In this document: in pieces, positions 36,001 through 47,755 of the stretch | Position numbering within the stretch: the stretch's first letter is position 1 | Layout: each line of letters begins with the position of its first letter | NCBI GenBank assembly: GCA_000004695.1 | Contig: CM000151.3 | Location: forward strand, 6,080,001-6,144,000 | DNA length: 64,000 bases | Direction of reading: 5' to 3' | Source: Dictyostelium discoideum | Lineage: Eukaryota | Position numbers and translations under genes: made by a program | Notes under the pieces: generated by a model | What the model was told of the DNA's origin: nothing | Seen by the model: only the letters and a program-made list of their open reading frames with translations | The model's database searches: none

Positions 36001-36125
36001 TTTTTTTTAACCGTTATTATTAATAAAGGAATTGCGAATGTGTATCGCTTTGTATATATCACAATTTTTTTAACCGTTATTAATAAAAGGAGTTGCGAAT
36101 GTATTACTTTGAAAAGAAAACAATT
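36001..36125. repeat. tandem ~62-bp direct repeat (TTTTTTTTAACCGTTATTATTAATAAAGGAATTGCGAATGTGTA... x2) at the breakpoint of the FNIP pseudogene
   Basis: Direct reading. Confidence 0.7.
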
Positions 36126-36743
36126 TTTTTATTTTTTTTATTTTTTTTTTAAATTATAGCCCAATTAAAAAGAAATAATAAATAAAATATTTTTTTTTAA
36201 TCTTTTTTTTTTTTTTAAATCTAATATTTTTTTTTCACCCACCATTTAAAAAATATCTGTATAATCTATAAATAAATATATATATATATTATTTTACTTT
36301 TTTTATTTTAAAACAACCAATGGAATTCATATATTATAAATATTATTTTAAAAAATGGGTATAAAATGTAAGTATTGGCAAGTTACCTTTTTATAATTAC
36401 ATTTTATACCCATTATCATAGTTATTTTTTTTTCTTTGTTCAGTTAACATAGGAGCTTAAAATTATTGGCATCATATTCATAACAATTATGGAAAAACAA
36501 ATCGAATCGCTCATCTTCTTTTGTTTTCAAGATGGGTGCACCTTTACTATTCAATTTTTTTTTTTTTTTTTTTTAAAAATTAATAACTTTATCCATTTTT
36601 AATTTTAATTTTTTTTTTTTTATTTTAATATAAATACTTTTTAAATTTTTTATTTTATTTTATTATTTAATTTAAACATTATACCAATTTCTATCATTCA
36701 ATTTTCTAATTAAAAAAAAAAAAAAAAAAAAAATAAAACAAAA

Positions 36744-36992
36744 ATGAATAAAATAATTCTCATTGTACTTTTATTATCAATTGCCACCTCGGGAGCATTT
36801 TGTTCAATTTTCAATACCAAATGTAAACAAGTTTGTAAAGAAAGTTACCAATTATGTGTTGCCGGTTTTGACTCACCAGATATCTCAGTGCAAATCGAAG
36901 CTTGTTCAGAAGTATTGGATAAATGTTTTTATAACTGTATCCATCCTTATATAGTTGTTTTCCCAAGTAAATCACCTGCAGCTCATAATTAA
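36744..36992 (+). CDS. small secreted cysteine-rich protein (82 aa; signal peptide MNKIILIVLLLSIATSGAF; 8 Cys)
   Basis: Intact ORF with a clean signal peptide, embedded between FNIP gene fragments. Confidence 0.45.
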   Translation: MNKIILIVLLLSIATSGAFCSIFNTKCKQVCKESYQLCVAGFDSPDISVQIEACSEVLDKCFYNCIHPYIVVFPSKSPAAHN

Positions 36993-37149
36993 ACATAGAA
37001 ATCAATTGATAATTGAATTTTAATTTATATCATCTTTCCGACTTAACTCAAAATTCAATTTTTCTAATTATCTAAATTATTACAATCAACAACCTCCCTT
37101 TTAATTTATTTATTTAATTATTAAACCCATTAACAATAAAATAAGTTTA

Positions 37150-37339
37150 TCATATAATTTAATTTTTTTAATTTATTTTTGTGTGTTTTCCCTAATAATT
37201 TTTTGAATAGTTATCTGATACTTAAATATTTACTATTATTATTATACAAATTAAATTAAGATAAAAAATAAAAAAAATAAAATTGAATGTATATTGCTCT
37301 CCTCCAAACTGATTTAATTACTTGATTTTCTTTTTCCAT
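37150..37339 (-). pseudogene. N-terminal fragment of an FNIP-repeat gene paralog (MEKENQVIKSVW... compared with MDKENQIIRSVWGNKYI in the copy at 39131)
   Basis: 37300..37345 aligns with 39095..39131. The ORF terminates after ~27 codons. Confidence 0.5.
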
Positions 37340-37367
37340 TATGTAATTAATTTAATTTTTTTAATAA

Positions 37368-37406
<39 letters not shown>

Positions 37407-37738
37407 TTTAATTTGTGTGAAAAAAAAAAAAAAAAAAAAAAACTATTTTCCCAACCTGTTTTGGAAAAAAAAAAAAAAAAAAAAATAAAATAAAATAAAA
37501 TAAAAATGTTTACCCAAGTTCTTTTTTATGAAATGAAACTGGTTTAATCTATAAAAAAAAAAAAATCAAAGATGATCGAAATCTTTTTTTTTTTTTTTTT
37601 AATTAAATCCACATGTGGGAGATAATTTCTGCTCGGTATCAAATAAATAAATTTTTTAACTATAAAATAATTATTTTTTAATTTTAAACATTTTTTTATT
37701 TATTTATTTAAATTTAAGGGAAGAACAATTAATTTTAA

Positions 37739-39131
37739 TTATTGTTCATCAGTAACCCTAATATATTTTGAATAAAAGGAAGTATCTAAAGTATTTATAA
37801 AACTAATATTTTTTGAAGATAAATATATTGTTTTTAATAATGGTAATTGATTTGGTAATTCATAAATATTTTGATTAAAAGTTGGACATTGGAAATAAAT
37901 TATTCTTAAAGTTTTTGGAAGTAGATTAGAATTAATTGGTTTATCAAAAGATTCACCAAAATTAAGTGATTTAAGATTTTTAGGTAAAGAATTCTCTTCA
38001 ATTGGAAAATTGTAATAATATCCTAAATTTAAATTTGTTACTGATGATGGTATTTTTGATAATTGATTCCCTTTATATCCACCCAAATTTAAAGTTGTTA
38101 AAGATAAAGAGTTGGGGAAAATAATTTTTTCTAGATTTGGGTTATCTCTTCTACCTAATTCCAAATTTGTTAAAGAATAACATTCATTTAAATTAGTTAC
38201 ATAAAAAAAGAAATGATATGGATCACCACTAAGAGGGGAACCAAAGTTGTCATTGTAATTAGTTGTAAGTTTAAGTGTTTTTACAGTTGAAGGGATATCG
38301 ATACGAGATTGAAATGATTTACCAAGTTTAATATATTCAATATTTGAAAGTAATATATTACCAACTAATTCTTTATTGAAACTATCACCAAATGAAATTG
38401 ATCTAATTGAGGGCGGAAGTGCAAATTGTTCAATTCTACAAATGAACGAATCACCAAATTTAATATTTGTAACATTATGAGGAATCATACCAACTTTAAT
38501 ATCAACATTGGCTCTTACTTCAAGATTTGTAGTTGAAACAGGAACTTTGGTTTTACTAAATGATTCCACAGTATATCTTAAATTTTGGACTGAATTTGGT
38601 ATTGAGCCATAGATAATGGTACTTTGATAAGTATTATCAAGATATAAAAATATTAATCCTTCTGGAAGTTGATTTGGTAAAATCGGTTGTTGAAAAGATT
38701 CTCCTAATTTTAAAACTTCAAGACTTTTTGGTAACCACCCCCCCCAATGACTGATTAAATATTCCAGTGAATTCAATGCTTTTTATACCATTTTTAATAA
38801 TTTTATTATTTAATTGTTGATTAAATCTCCTATTAAAAATTACACTAATCAACGAATCTGGTAAAGAATTTTCTTGTAAAATTGGATTATAACTACCAAA
38901 AAATTCCAAATATCTTATACTTGAAGGTAAATCACCAGCTTCTAAATGTGAACCACCTCTATTTAATGAAACATCGAATAAATAATTTTTATAAACATAA
39001 TTATTTAATTTTTCAATTGTAAAACTATAATAATTACTATTATTATTATACAAATTAAGATAAAAAAAAATTAAATCTCTTATATATTTATTTCCCCAAA
39101 CTGATCTAATTATTTGATTTTCTTTATCCAT
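37739..39131 (-). CDS. FNIP-repeat-containing protein (Dictyostelium FNIP repeat family) interrupted by a +1 frameshift in a C8 (G8 on the coding strand) homopolymer at 38741..38748. This is either a pseudogene or a sequencing error.
   Basis: ORFs 38718..39131 and 37739..38776 overlap in different frames. Removing one G restores ...FTGIFNQSLGGWLPKSLEVLKLGESFQQPI.... Repeats LP..L..L.FG..FNQ.L are present throughout. Confidence 0.65.
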
Positions 39132-39769
39132 TTTTTTTGCTAATTAGTAAAATAATTTAATTATTTTAATAAAAAAAGTTTCAAAAAAAAAAAATAAATA
39201 AAAAAATAAAAAAATTCAATCGAGAGGAATTTTTTTTGTGTGGAAAAAAAAAAAATTAAAAAATGGGGTTGTTAAAAAATTAAATCTTTTTTTTTTCAAA
39301 TTTTTTCATTTTTTATTTTTTTTTAATTTAATTTTTTTTTATTTTTTTTTAACATTTTTACAACACCATGATAATTATCCATGGATAATTACTACCATAC
39401 AAAATATTTTAATTTAATTGGTTACTCGTAATAAAATACAATCGTTGCATTTAAGATCTTTTATTGCATCTTTTGGATTTAGCCACTTCTGCATCATTCC
39501 TCGAAAAGTTCTCTTGGATATCTGTCATATGACTTGTGGGGGTATGTTTGCCAAATATATACCAAATGAAAAAAAAAAAAAAAAAAAAAAAAAAAATAAT
39601 ATTTCCAGATTTTCCTCCTGTTTGGAAAAAAAAAATAAAAAAAAATAAAAAAAAAATAAAATAAATAAATTAAATTTAAAAATATTTTTGTCCCAGGTCT
39701 TTATTTTTGTGAAATGACTGTAATAAATCTGGTTTAGATCTATAAAAAAAAAAATATCCAATATCTTGA

Positions 39770-39793
<24 letters not shown>

Positions 39794-39801
<8 letters not shown>

Positions 39802-40687
39802 ATTTGAATTCGTGTGGGAGATAATTTCTGCTCGGTATCAAACTGGCAGTTAATGGGTAAGAAATTAAATTTTCAATTTTTGAAGTATAAATATCGGCAT
39901 GTCTTTGAAGGGATGAAGCAAATATTGTTGCGTTTGTATGAGTTCTAAATAAACTACCAAAATTTGCATTGAATGGTTCTTTTAATGCTAAACGTTTTTT
40001 ATATCTTTCTGTTTTGAGTTGTTCTAAAAATAATTCTTTCTTTTCACCTGAAAAAAATTGACATTTTCTAATAACATCTTCAAGCTTTAAATTTTAAAAA
40101 AAAAAAAAAAAAAATTAATATAATGATTTAACATTAAATATAAAAAATAAAACAAAAATAAAAATAAAATAAATATTACTTGTAATAATTCAGCTAATTG
40201 TTCTCTATATTTTGGGGAATTTTGAATACCAACTTCAACTTCCAATTCTTTAATGATAACACCAGTTTTCCAACCTTCTTTTTGAGAAGGTTCAACTAAA
40301 TCTGAATAAAGATGATCACCAAAATACATTACACTTCTACCACGCCATTTACTGACATTTGTAAATTGTTTTAAACTTCCACCAACATAAACTTTCTTTG
40401 GTTCGAAATGATTAACTTCATTCCAATCATATCTATCTGAATCTGGATGATACATTCTAAATGGTCTACCTTTACCAAAGAATGATGGTTTATCACATTT
40501 TGTAATAATCACATCAAATACATCTGTCCAATCTTCATATTTTCCATTCAATTGATCATTTAATAAATATTTCATACCATGATTTGCATAAAAGTATGAA
40601 TTATTTGTTAATAAAAATAACTATAAAAAAAAAATAAAAAAAAAAATAAAATTATTAGTATATAAATTAAATTTAATAAATAATAAA

Positions 40688-40750
<63 letters not shown>

Positions 40751-41989
40751 TACTTTTTTACCATGTGATTTTAATTTTAATAAAAATTCACCTAATAATG
40801 GATGTTTGTTTAAATAAAGTGGAAAATCAGAGATGATTTTATTATGTAAACCACCACCTAAATGAACTTTACCAACAGCTGCAGTAACATCTTCATGAAT
40901 GATTCTTGGTTCAAATGCTAAATTATGATCTGTTAAATATTGAATAGTATTTGCAATTAAACAAGCTTCTGGTAAACAAAATATATCACTCATTGGTTTT
41001 AAAAAACTATCACAATAAAGTCTTTTCAATTGCATTGATCCATAAATTTGAATTACCTCTTCTTTTGTCAATGGTCTTCTTCCATGATAAATTGCACCTG
41101 CCTATTTGTGTTTCGTTTTTTTTTTTTTTTTTTTTATAAAATATTAATATTGCATACTATTATAATTATAATTATTATATATATACACACTTACTTGAAT
41201 ATTATTTAAATAATCTAATTTCATTAATAAACCATGATTTACATCAAAATGTAAACCTCTAATTGCAAATGTTGGATCATATTTAATCTCTTTTAAAGCC
41301 ATTGGATATTTTTGTTCATCAACTAAATGTGACATTGCTAAATCATAAATTAAATGTTGAACTTGATCACCATAGTTGGCTAATGTATAATCATAATCAA
41401 ATCCAAAAACATCAATTTCTTCTAATTTTAATTCACTATTTATAAATACATCTTGTGGATCTAATGTTGGTACATGACTAAGATCAACAACTTTTCTATT
41501 CTATTTATTATATATTTTAAATAAAAAAAAAAATTAATATTTGAACAATTATGAAAAATCTATTCAGAAAGAGAGAGAAAAAAAAAAAAAAAAACATACC
41601 TTATACATTTCAATTAGTTGATCTAATGACATATTTAAAACACTATGATGAGTTGGTAAATAATCAGGATCTTTATCATTTCTAAAGGGTTTATTTACAT
41701 TTTTAACCAATGATTGAAATGGTGTTGGGGTAAATAAATGTTTATTATCATTGTTCTGATGTTGTTGTGGTTGTTGTTGCTGATGTTGATCGATGGTATT
41801 GCTTTTACTAGTGTGAGTATCATTATTACTTCTATTATGTGTTGAATAGGATTTAATACCCGAGGTGGTGGTGGTAGAGGAGGTGGTGATGATAGTAGTA
41901 TTACTACTACAATTTATTTTAAAAACATTCTTTTTATTTGATGGTATAGGTAATACCTTTATTAAACTTATTCTTTTATTTGAAAGCAT
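39794..41989 (-). CDS. cytosolic 5'-nucleotidase (NT5C2-like, HAD superfamily, PF05761-type), multi-exon with an N-terminal Ser/Thr-rich extension
   Basis: DVFGFDYDYTLANY (HAD motif I DxDxT). ...VYVGGSLKQF...MYFGDHLYSDLVEPSQKEGWKTGVIIKELE.... C-terminal ...GSLFRTHTNATIFASSLQRHADIYTSKIENLISYPLTASLIPSRNYLPHE aligns with the human NT5C2 C-terminus. Confidence 0.75.
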
Positions 41990-42673
41990 ATTACAATTTT
42001 AAAAAGTCCAAAATAAAGAATAAAAAAAAAAAAAAAAAATAAAAAAAAAAAAGTAAAAAGTAAAAAGTAAAAAAAATAATAATAATAATAAAGATGGGTG
42101 AAAAAAATAATAATTGGTGGGATACTTTTTTATTATTATTATTTTTTTTATTTTTTATTATTATTATTATTATTACTATTATTATTATATTTGTGTAGTG
42201 TGACAATGAAAAATTATGTTATAAAATAAAAGAGAAAAAAAAAAATAAAAAAAAAAAAAAATAAAAAAAAATGAAAAAAATAAATTAAAAAAAAAATATC
42301 TTAACTGCTGCGGTATCAAATAAATAAATTTTTATTATATTATTATGGCATCAGAGTGTTAAAATAAAAAAAAAAATAAAAAATAAAAAAATTAATATTA
42401 ACAATTCTATATATTAAAAATTTATTAAATAGGCAATGTTTTAATTTTTTTTTTTAATTTTTTTTTTTTTTACACAATTACAGTACTGGTTGGAAAAAAA
42501 AAAAAAAAAAAAACTAAATTTAGAGAAAAAGATTTACTTAGTTGGTTAAAATAAAATAGTTTCAAAAAAAAAAAAAAGTGATCCCGTTACTATTAAAATT
42601 TTTTTTTTTTTTTTTTGAAAAAATTACTTTTTTTTTTTTTTTTTTTTTTTTTATCGTTTTTTTTTTCTTTCTA

Positions 42674-42710
<37 letters not shown>

Positions 42711-43588
42711 TCCAACCCAAACAACAAAGGTAAGCATAATTTTTATATGCCCAAAAAAAAAAAAAAAAAAAAAAAAAAAATAAAAGGTATCCAGGGGAAT
42801 TTAAATGATGATCAAAATATATTTGCTATTCTTAGTTATTTATCAATCATGCTGAATGGAAATTTCTGATTTAATCCTCCCTTCATACCTTTATTGGGCC
42901 AATATTTAAATATTCTTTAAATATAATAATACTAATATTTTTCTTTTGAATTATTTAGGTTTTTTTTTTCTCTGATAACAATCCTTGAAATATTTCACAC
43001 TGACAAATGAATTTATTAAATAAAAAAAAAATTTAGTTTTATAAAAAAAAAAAAAGGTTTTCGTGTTTATGATATTTTTTTATTTTTTTTATTTATTTTT
43101 TATTTTTGACTACTTTGTATAATAATTTATTTTATTTCATTTTTTTCTATTTTTAGATTTTTTAAATAATAATTTTTTTTTTTTTTTTTTTTTTTTATAG
43201 AAAAAGAAAATTATTTGATGACTGTATACATATGCAAACAGGCGATATTTAAAAAACAAGAATGGAATTTGGTATCATCACACTTTTTAATTTGTTTTTT
43301 TTTTAATTTTTTTTTAATTTCGACCATCGTTTTTATTTTTATTTTTTTTTTTTTATTTTTTTTTTTATTTTTTTGTGTTTTTCTTGTACAGTCATTCATA
43401 TTAAAAAAATAAAAAATAAAAAATAAAGAAAAACAAAACTATTATACAAATTCGAAACATATCGATAATACAACATAAAACAAATTACCTTTTTTAATTT
43501 TTTTTAATTTTTTTTAATTTTTTTTTTTTTTTTTTATTATTTTTGGAAACTTAAAAATAGTTTATTGCTAATAGTAAAAATATTAATA

Positions 43589-45076
43589 ATGGAGGCATTA
43601 AATAACCCTATGTCAGCACCATTTTTTTCATTTGTGGTTAAAGTAATAGGAATATGGATTATATTTTTTGGAATTTTAAAATTAATTTATGTAGGTATTA
43701 TTAATTATTTATTTTTTATTTATTATTATTTTTAATTAAAATTAATTTTAAAATGAAAATATATATATATATAAATAAATAGATAAAATATAAAGATCAA
43801 ATTGATATAGATGGATTTTTAGAAAGAACAAATTTAAGTGTTCAATTATTTTATATTGGTTTTTCAACGACTAGATTAAATTCAATGATTAAATCAATTT
43901 CGAATGGAAGATATGAAAGATTTTGGTATTATTGGTTTAAAATTGGAAGTTGGGTATCATTATCATTGTTACCACTTTCAATTGGATTATTGATTTATAA
44001 TCTTTTCATTATTTTCATTAAACCTACTGGTATTGAACCAGTTATTAGTCCAATTGTACCGGGTGTTAATGTGAAAGGTTCAGATTCTTGGTATCTAATA
44101 ATTTCAGTATTAATAAGTATGATCATTCATGAATTAGGTCATGCAATTGCATCCTATGTTTCAAAATGTGAAATTAATAGTATAGGTTTCTTCTTTTTAT
44201 TTATAATGCCTGGTGCTTCTGTAAATTTAGATTATGTAAGTAAAATTCATTATTATTTAAATAAAAATAAAAAAATAAAATAAATTAAAAACTAAAACTA
44301 AATAATTAAATAATTAAATAGATTGAATTAGATAAAATTAGTTTATGGCAAAAATTAAGAATTCAGTGTGGTGGTGTTTGGCATAATGTTGTTTTATGTA
44401 TTATTGGTTATTTATTATTATCTTCATCATCATTTTTATTATCACCATTATATAAAATTTCAAATGATAAATTATATATTACTGGTATACCGAATGTAAA
44501 TATTATAATTATTATTATTATTATTAATATTTTATTATTATTATTATTTTAATATATTTATTTTTTTTTTTTAATAGGGATCATTATTAGAAAGAAATTT
44601 AAATATTGGTGATCAAATTTTATCAATTAATGATTGTAAAATTAGTAATAGGAGTGATCTTGTAGAATGTATATATAAAGAATTGGATAAGACTAGATCA
44701 TATTGTATTTCACAAAATACTATAACATGTTTAGAGAATGTTTTTAATAATAATAATAATAATAACACAAATGTAAATTTAAGTAATGCAAATAATAAAA
44801 AAATTAATTTAATAAATCAAATTGATAATGATAAACGATTAAGAGAATGTTTTGGAATTAATGATGCGACAACTTTGGTTGAATGTGTACCTGTTAGTAT
44901 TGATTCCCCATCAGAGTGTGCAAAATCAAAAAAAGAGTGTATCAATTTCAATCAATTCAATTACCATATATTTCATCTTAATTTATTAAGTCAAGATTTT
45001 GATAATGTTGAACAATTATCATTTTTAGGTACTGCTCAACAATTATGGGATTCTTGTAAGTATAATTAAATTAAAC

Positions 45077-45111
<35 letters not shown>

Positions 45112-45435
45112 TATCTTAATATAATTTATTCATTAATTTATTATTTTTATAAAAAAAAAAAAAAAAAAGTTATTGTTAATAATTATCAAAGTAGATTTGT
45201 ATTTTTAAATGGTTGGGATTTACCATGGTATTTTAATCAATTCTTTAGTTATTTAATACCCGTTTCAGCTGGTTTAGCTGCATTTAATGCAATTGCGATA
45301 CCAAATATGGATGGTGAACATATTTTGGAAACAATATTATCAATTATATTTTTAAAGTTTGGTGGTAGTGCTTGTGGTAATGATAAAAAGAATTCACCAA
45401 ATAATAAAATTAATAAGACAAAAATTAATAATACC

Positions 45436-45503
<68 letters not shown>

Positions 45504-45651
45504 GGAATCATCATCGTCATCAGTTTTATCAAAAAAAGAAAAAAGAGAAAGATTAAAATTAATTATTTCAAAAGTTATTAAAGTTTCAACGATTCTATTG
45601 TTTGGTTTAACAGTTATTTTATCATTTTATAATTTAAAATATCAAAGATAA
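43589..45651 (+). CDS. site-2 protease (S2P/MBTPS2, peptidase M50) homolog. 5 exons: 43589..43690, 43783..44235, 44322..44495, 44578..45055, 45170..45651.
   Basis: HELGHA zinc-binding motif in a TM helix. QKLRIQCGGVWHNVVLCIIG aligns with the human MBTPS2 block. PDZ-like insert. Second motif AFNAIAIPNMDGEHIL corresponds to the S2P LDG motif. Phases are consistent across all junctions. Confidence 0.75.
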
Positions 45652-46075
45652 ATAAAAACAATTGTTCATAATTTCTTTTCTTTTATTTTATTTTTTATTT
45701 TCTGAAGTTCTAATTATCTTTTATTTATTTAAATTGGTTAAAATATTAAATTCATATTTAAATCTGCTTGTGGAGAATATTAATTATTTAAAATTAAATA
45801 AATGAAAAGAATCTAATTAATTAATTTTAATTTTTAAAAACTTTAAAAAAATTAAATTGTTGAGGCGATTAAATAAACAATGATGTTCGAATTTATTATT
45901 AGCAAAGTGTAAAAAAAAAAAAAAATATTATTATTTTTTTATAAAAGATTATAAAATCATTATCTTGTACTTGTTGATATCATACTCTTTGATCATAAAT
46001 TTATTTTAATATTGTATGTCAACATATTAATTTTACAAATATAATCTCTTGTTCCTAAGAATTAAGTAGTGGGGT

Positions 46076-46080
<5 letters not shown>

Positions 46081-46152
<72 letters not shown>
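46081..46152. repeat. poly(dA) homopolymer of ~72 nt
   Basis: Direct reading. Confidence 0.95.
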
Positions 46153-46155
<3 letters not shown>

Positions 46156-46262
46156 TATAAATAGATTTTTTTTTTTTGTAATTAAATCAATTATAAAATC
46201 AATTATTATTTAAATCTAAAAACAAAGAAAAATAAACTATATATATATATATATATATAAAA

Positions 46263-46516
46263 ATGTTATTCAGTAAGTGTCTAAAAAAAAAAAAAAAAAA
46301 AAAAATATAATAATTATAAAAAACAAAATTCTAATCATTATTTTTTTTTTTTTTATAGAATCAGTTATTTCCTTATCAAATAAATCATTAAATGTCACAT
46401 CTAGATCATTAGTTTCAAATGATTCTAATTTAAATACTTTAAATTTAACTTGTGATTCTGTTTCAAGTGTAACTTCAACAACTTTCTTTACAAGACCAAA
46501 CTTTATAAACTATTAA
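46263..46516 (+). CDS. fourth microgene paralog (exon1 46263..46272, GTAAGT intron to 46358, exon2 46359..46516). Protein: MLFKSVISLSNKSLNVTSRSLVSNDSNLNTLNLTCDSVSSVTSTTFFTRPNFINY.
   Basis: Same MLF + phase-1 intron + ...TRPNFINY architecture as the three genes at 40..2628. Confidence 0.55.
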
Positions 46517-47228
46517 AAAAAAGTAAAAAAAAAATTATATAATTGAAATAAAAAAAAATATAAAGGGCCGACCAAAAATTAAAAATAAAAAAAAAAATTG
46601 TATTTTATGTAATTTTAATCAGTCAAAGGATTGTTTCACATCTTTAATAGTATTTAATTTTTGAACTTTTCAAAATAATTTTATTTTTAATTTATTATAA
46701 TATGATAAAAGTTATTAAATCTCAGTACTAAACCATGGTAAGATTGAATTGATTTTTATTAATTTCTTTAATTTTTTTGAAAATATTCGTACGAGCTATT
46801 TTTTCAAAAAATGTAAAAATAGCGAACGAATAGCAACATTAATTATAGAATCATTATTATAAGTTTTTGTCCGAAGATCGATTTCCATATACAGTAACAA
46901 TCTATAACCGAAGTCAGTTATTCAGAATAACAAATTACCTTTAAATCCTTCCCAGGTTTCTTAGAATAATAATTCAGTATAAAAAGCCAAAATAAAATAA
47001 ATAAAAATCATTATTGTTTAAATCATAGTTAGTGTAAAGATATAATATTATTTAGTGTTAAAATATAAATATAAATATAAATAAAATTAATAAAGAATTA
47101 ATAATATTATTACTACTCATATTTGTGTGTAATTACAATAGTAATTAAGGGTTCACACATATGTCTTTATTTAGTATTGTTATTTTGGTAAATATAGGCA
47201 ATACAGTTTATTTCAAAAATATCGATTA

Positions 47229-47302
47229 GTTCGGATGGTGTAGTCGGTTATCACGAATCCTTAACACGGATTAGGTCGTGGGTTCGATTCCCGCTCTGAA
47301 TA
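47229..47302 (+). tRNA. tRNA-Val (anticodon AAC)
   Basis: Cloverleaf: acceptor GTTCGGA/TCTGAAT, D-arm GTGT..TCAC with GGTTA, anticodon stem AATCC/GGATT with loop TTAACAC, T-arm GTGGG TTCGATT CCCGC. Followed by a T-run. Close to the animal tRNA-Val-AAC consensus. Confidence 0.85.
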
Positions 47303-47352
47303 CAAACTAATGCTTTTATAAAAAAAAATTCTCAATTTGAGTGTGTTCGAGT

Positions 47353-47715
47353 AAAAAAGAAAAAATGAATTTTTTCGATAAACTTAAAGGGATGGGATCT
47401 CAATTCACTAGATATTAGCAAAACAAATAAAAAAGAAAGAATCTACCCAAATTTAATCGGCATAATTATACATCAACTATGGAGAATAATTTGTCACAAA
47501 CTATTCAATCAAGACGAATCTAAAACTCCACCCTCATTTGATCCAACATTAATTGAAAAAGAACTAACCAACTTAATTAAAATAGAGAAATTCATTTTAA
47601 TAAAGAAGATTGAAAGGAATGAAACAATATACAAATTAAATAACAGAGACCAATTAATAATCAACTTCAACACATCATGGCATAACCCGAACACTCCAAA
47701 CCCAATTCCACTATA

Positions 47716-47755
<40 letters not shown>

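Noticed and set aside
39418-39648. 76-aa ORF MVTRNKIQSLHLRSF...
   Set aside because: It ends in a poly-Lys run read from poly(A) and has no periodicity. The underlying GC-normal island is reported as a finding instead.
45249-45556. Poly-Leu and poly-Ile ORFs on the minus and plus strands
   Set aside because: Alternative readings of the polyN-encoding AAT tract inside the S2P gene's last exon.
46740-47228. Non-low-complexity 500-bp segment upstream of tRNA-Val, a possible TRE5-type remnant since TRE5 elements insert ~50 bp upstream of tRNA genes
   Set aside because: No oligo(A) end at the expected distance, no ORF remnants and no similarity to the downstream elements. It cannot be supported from sequence alone.
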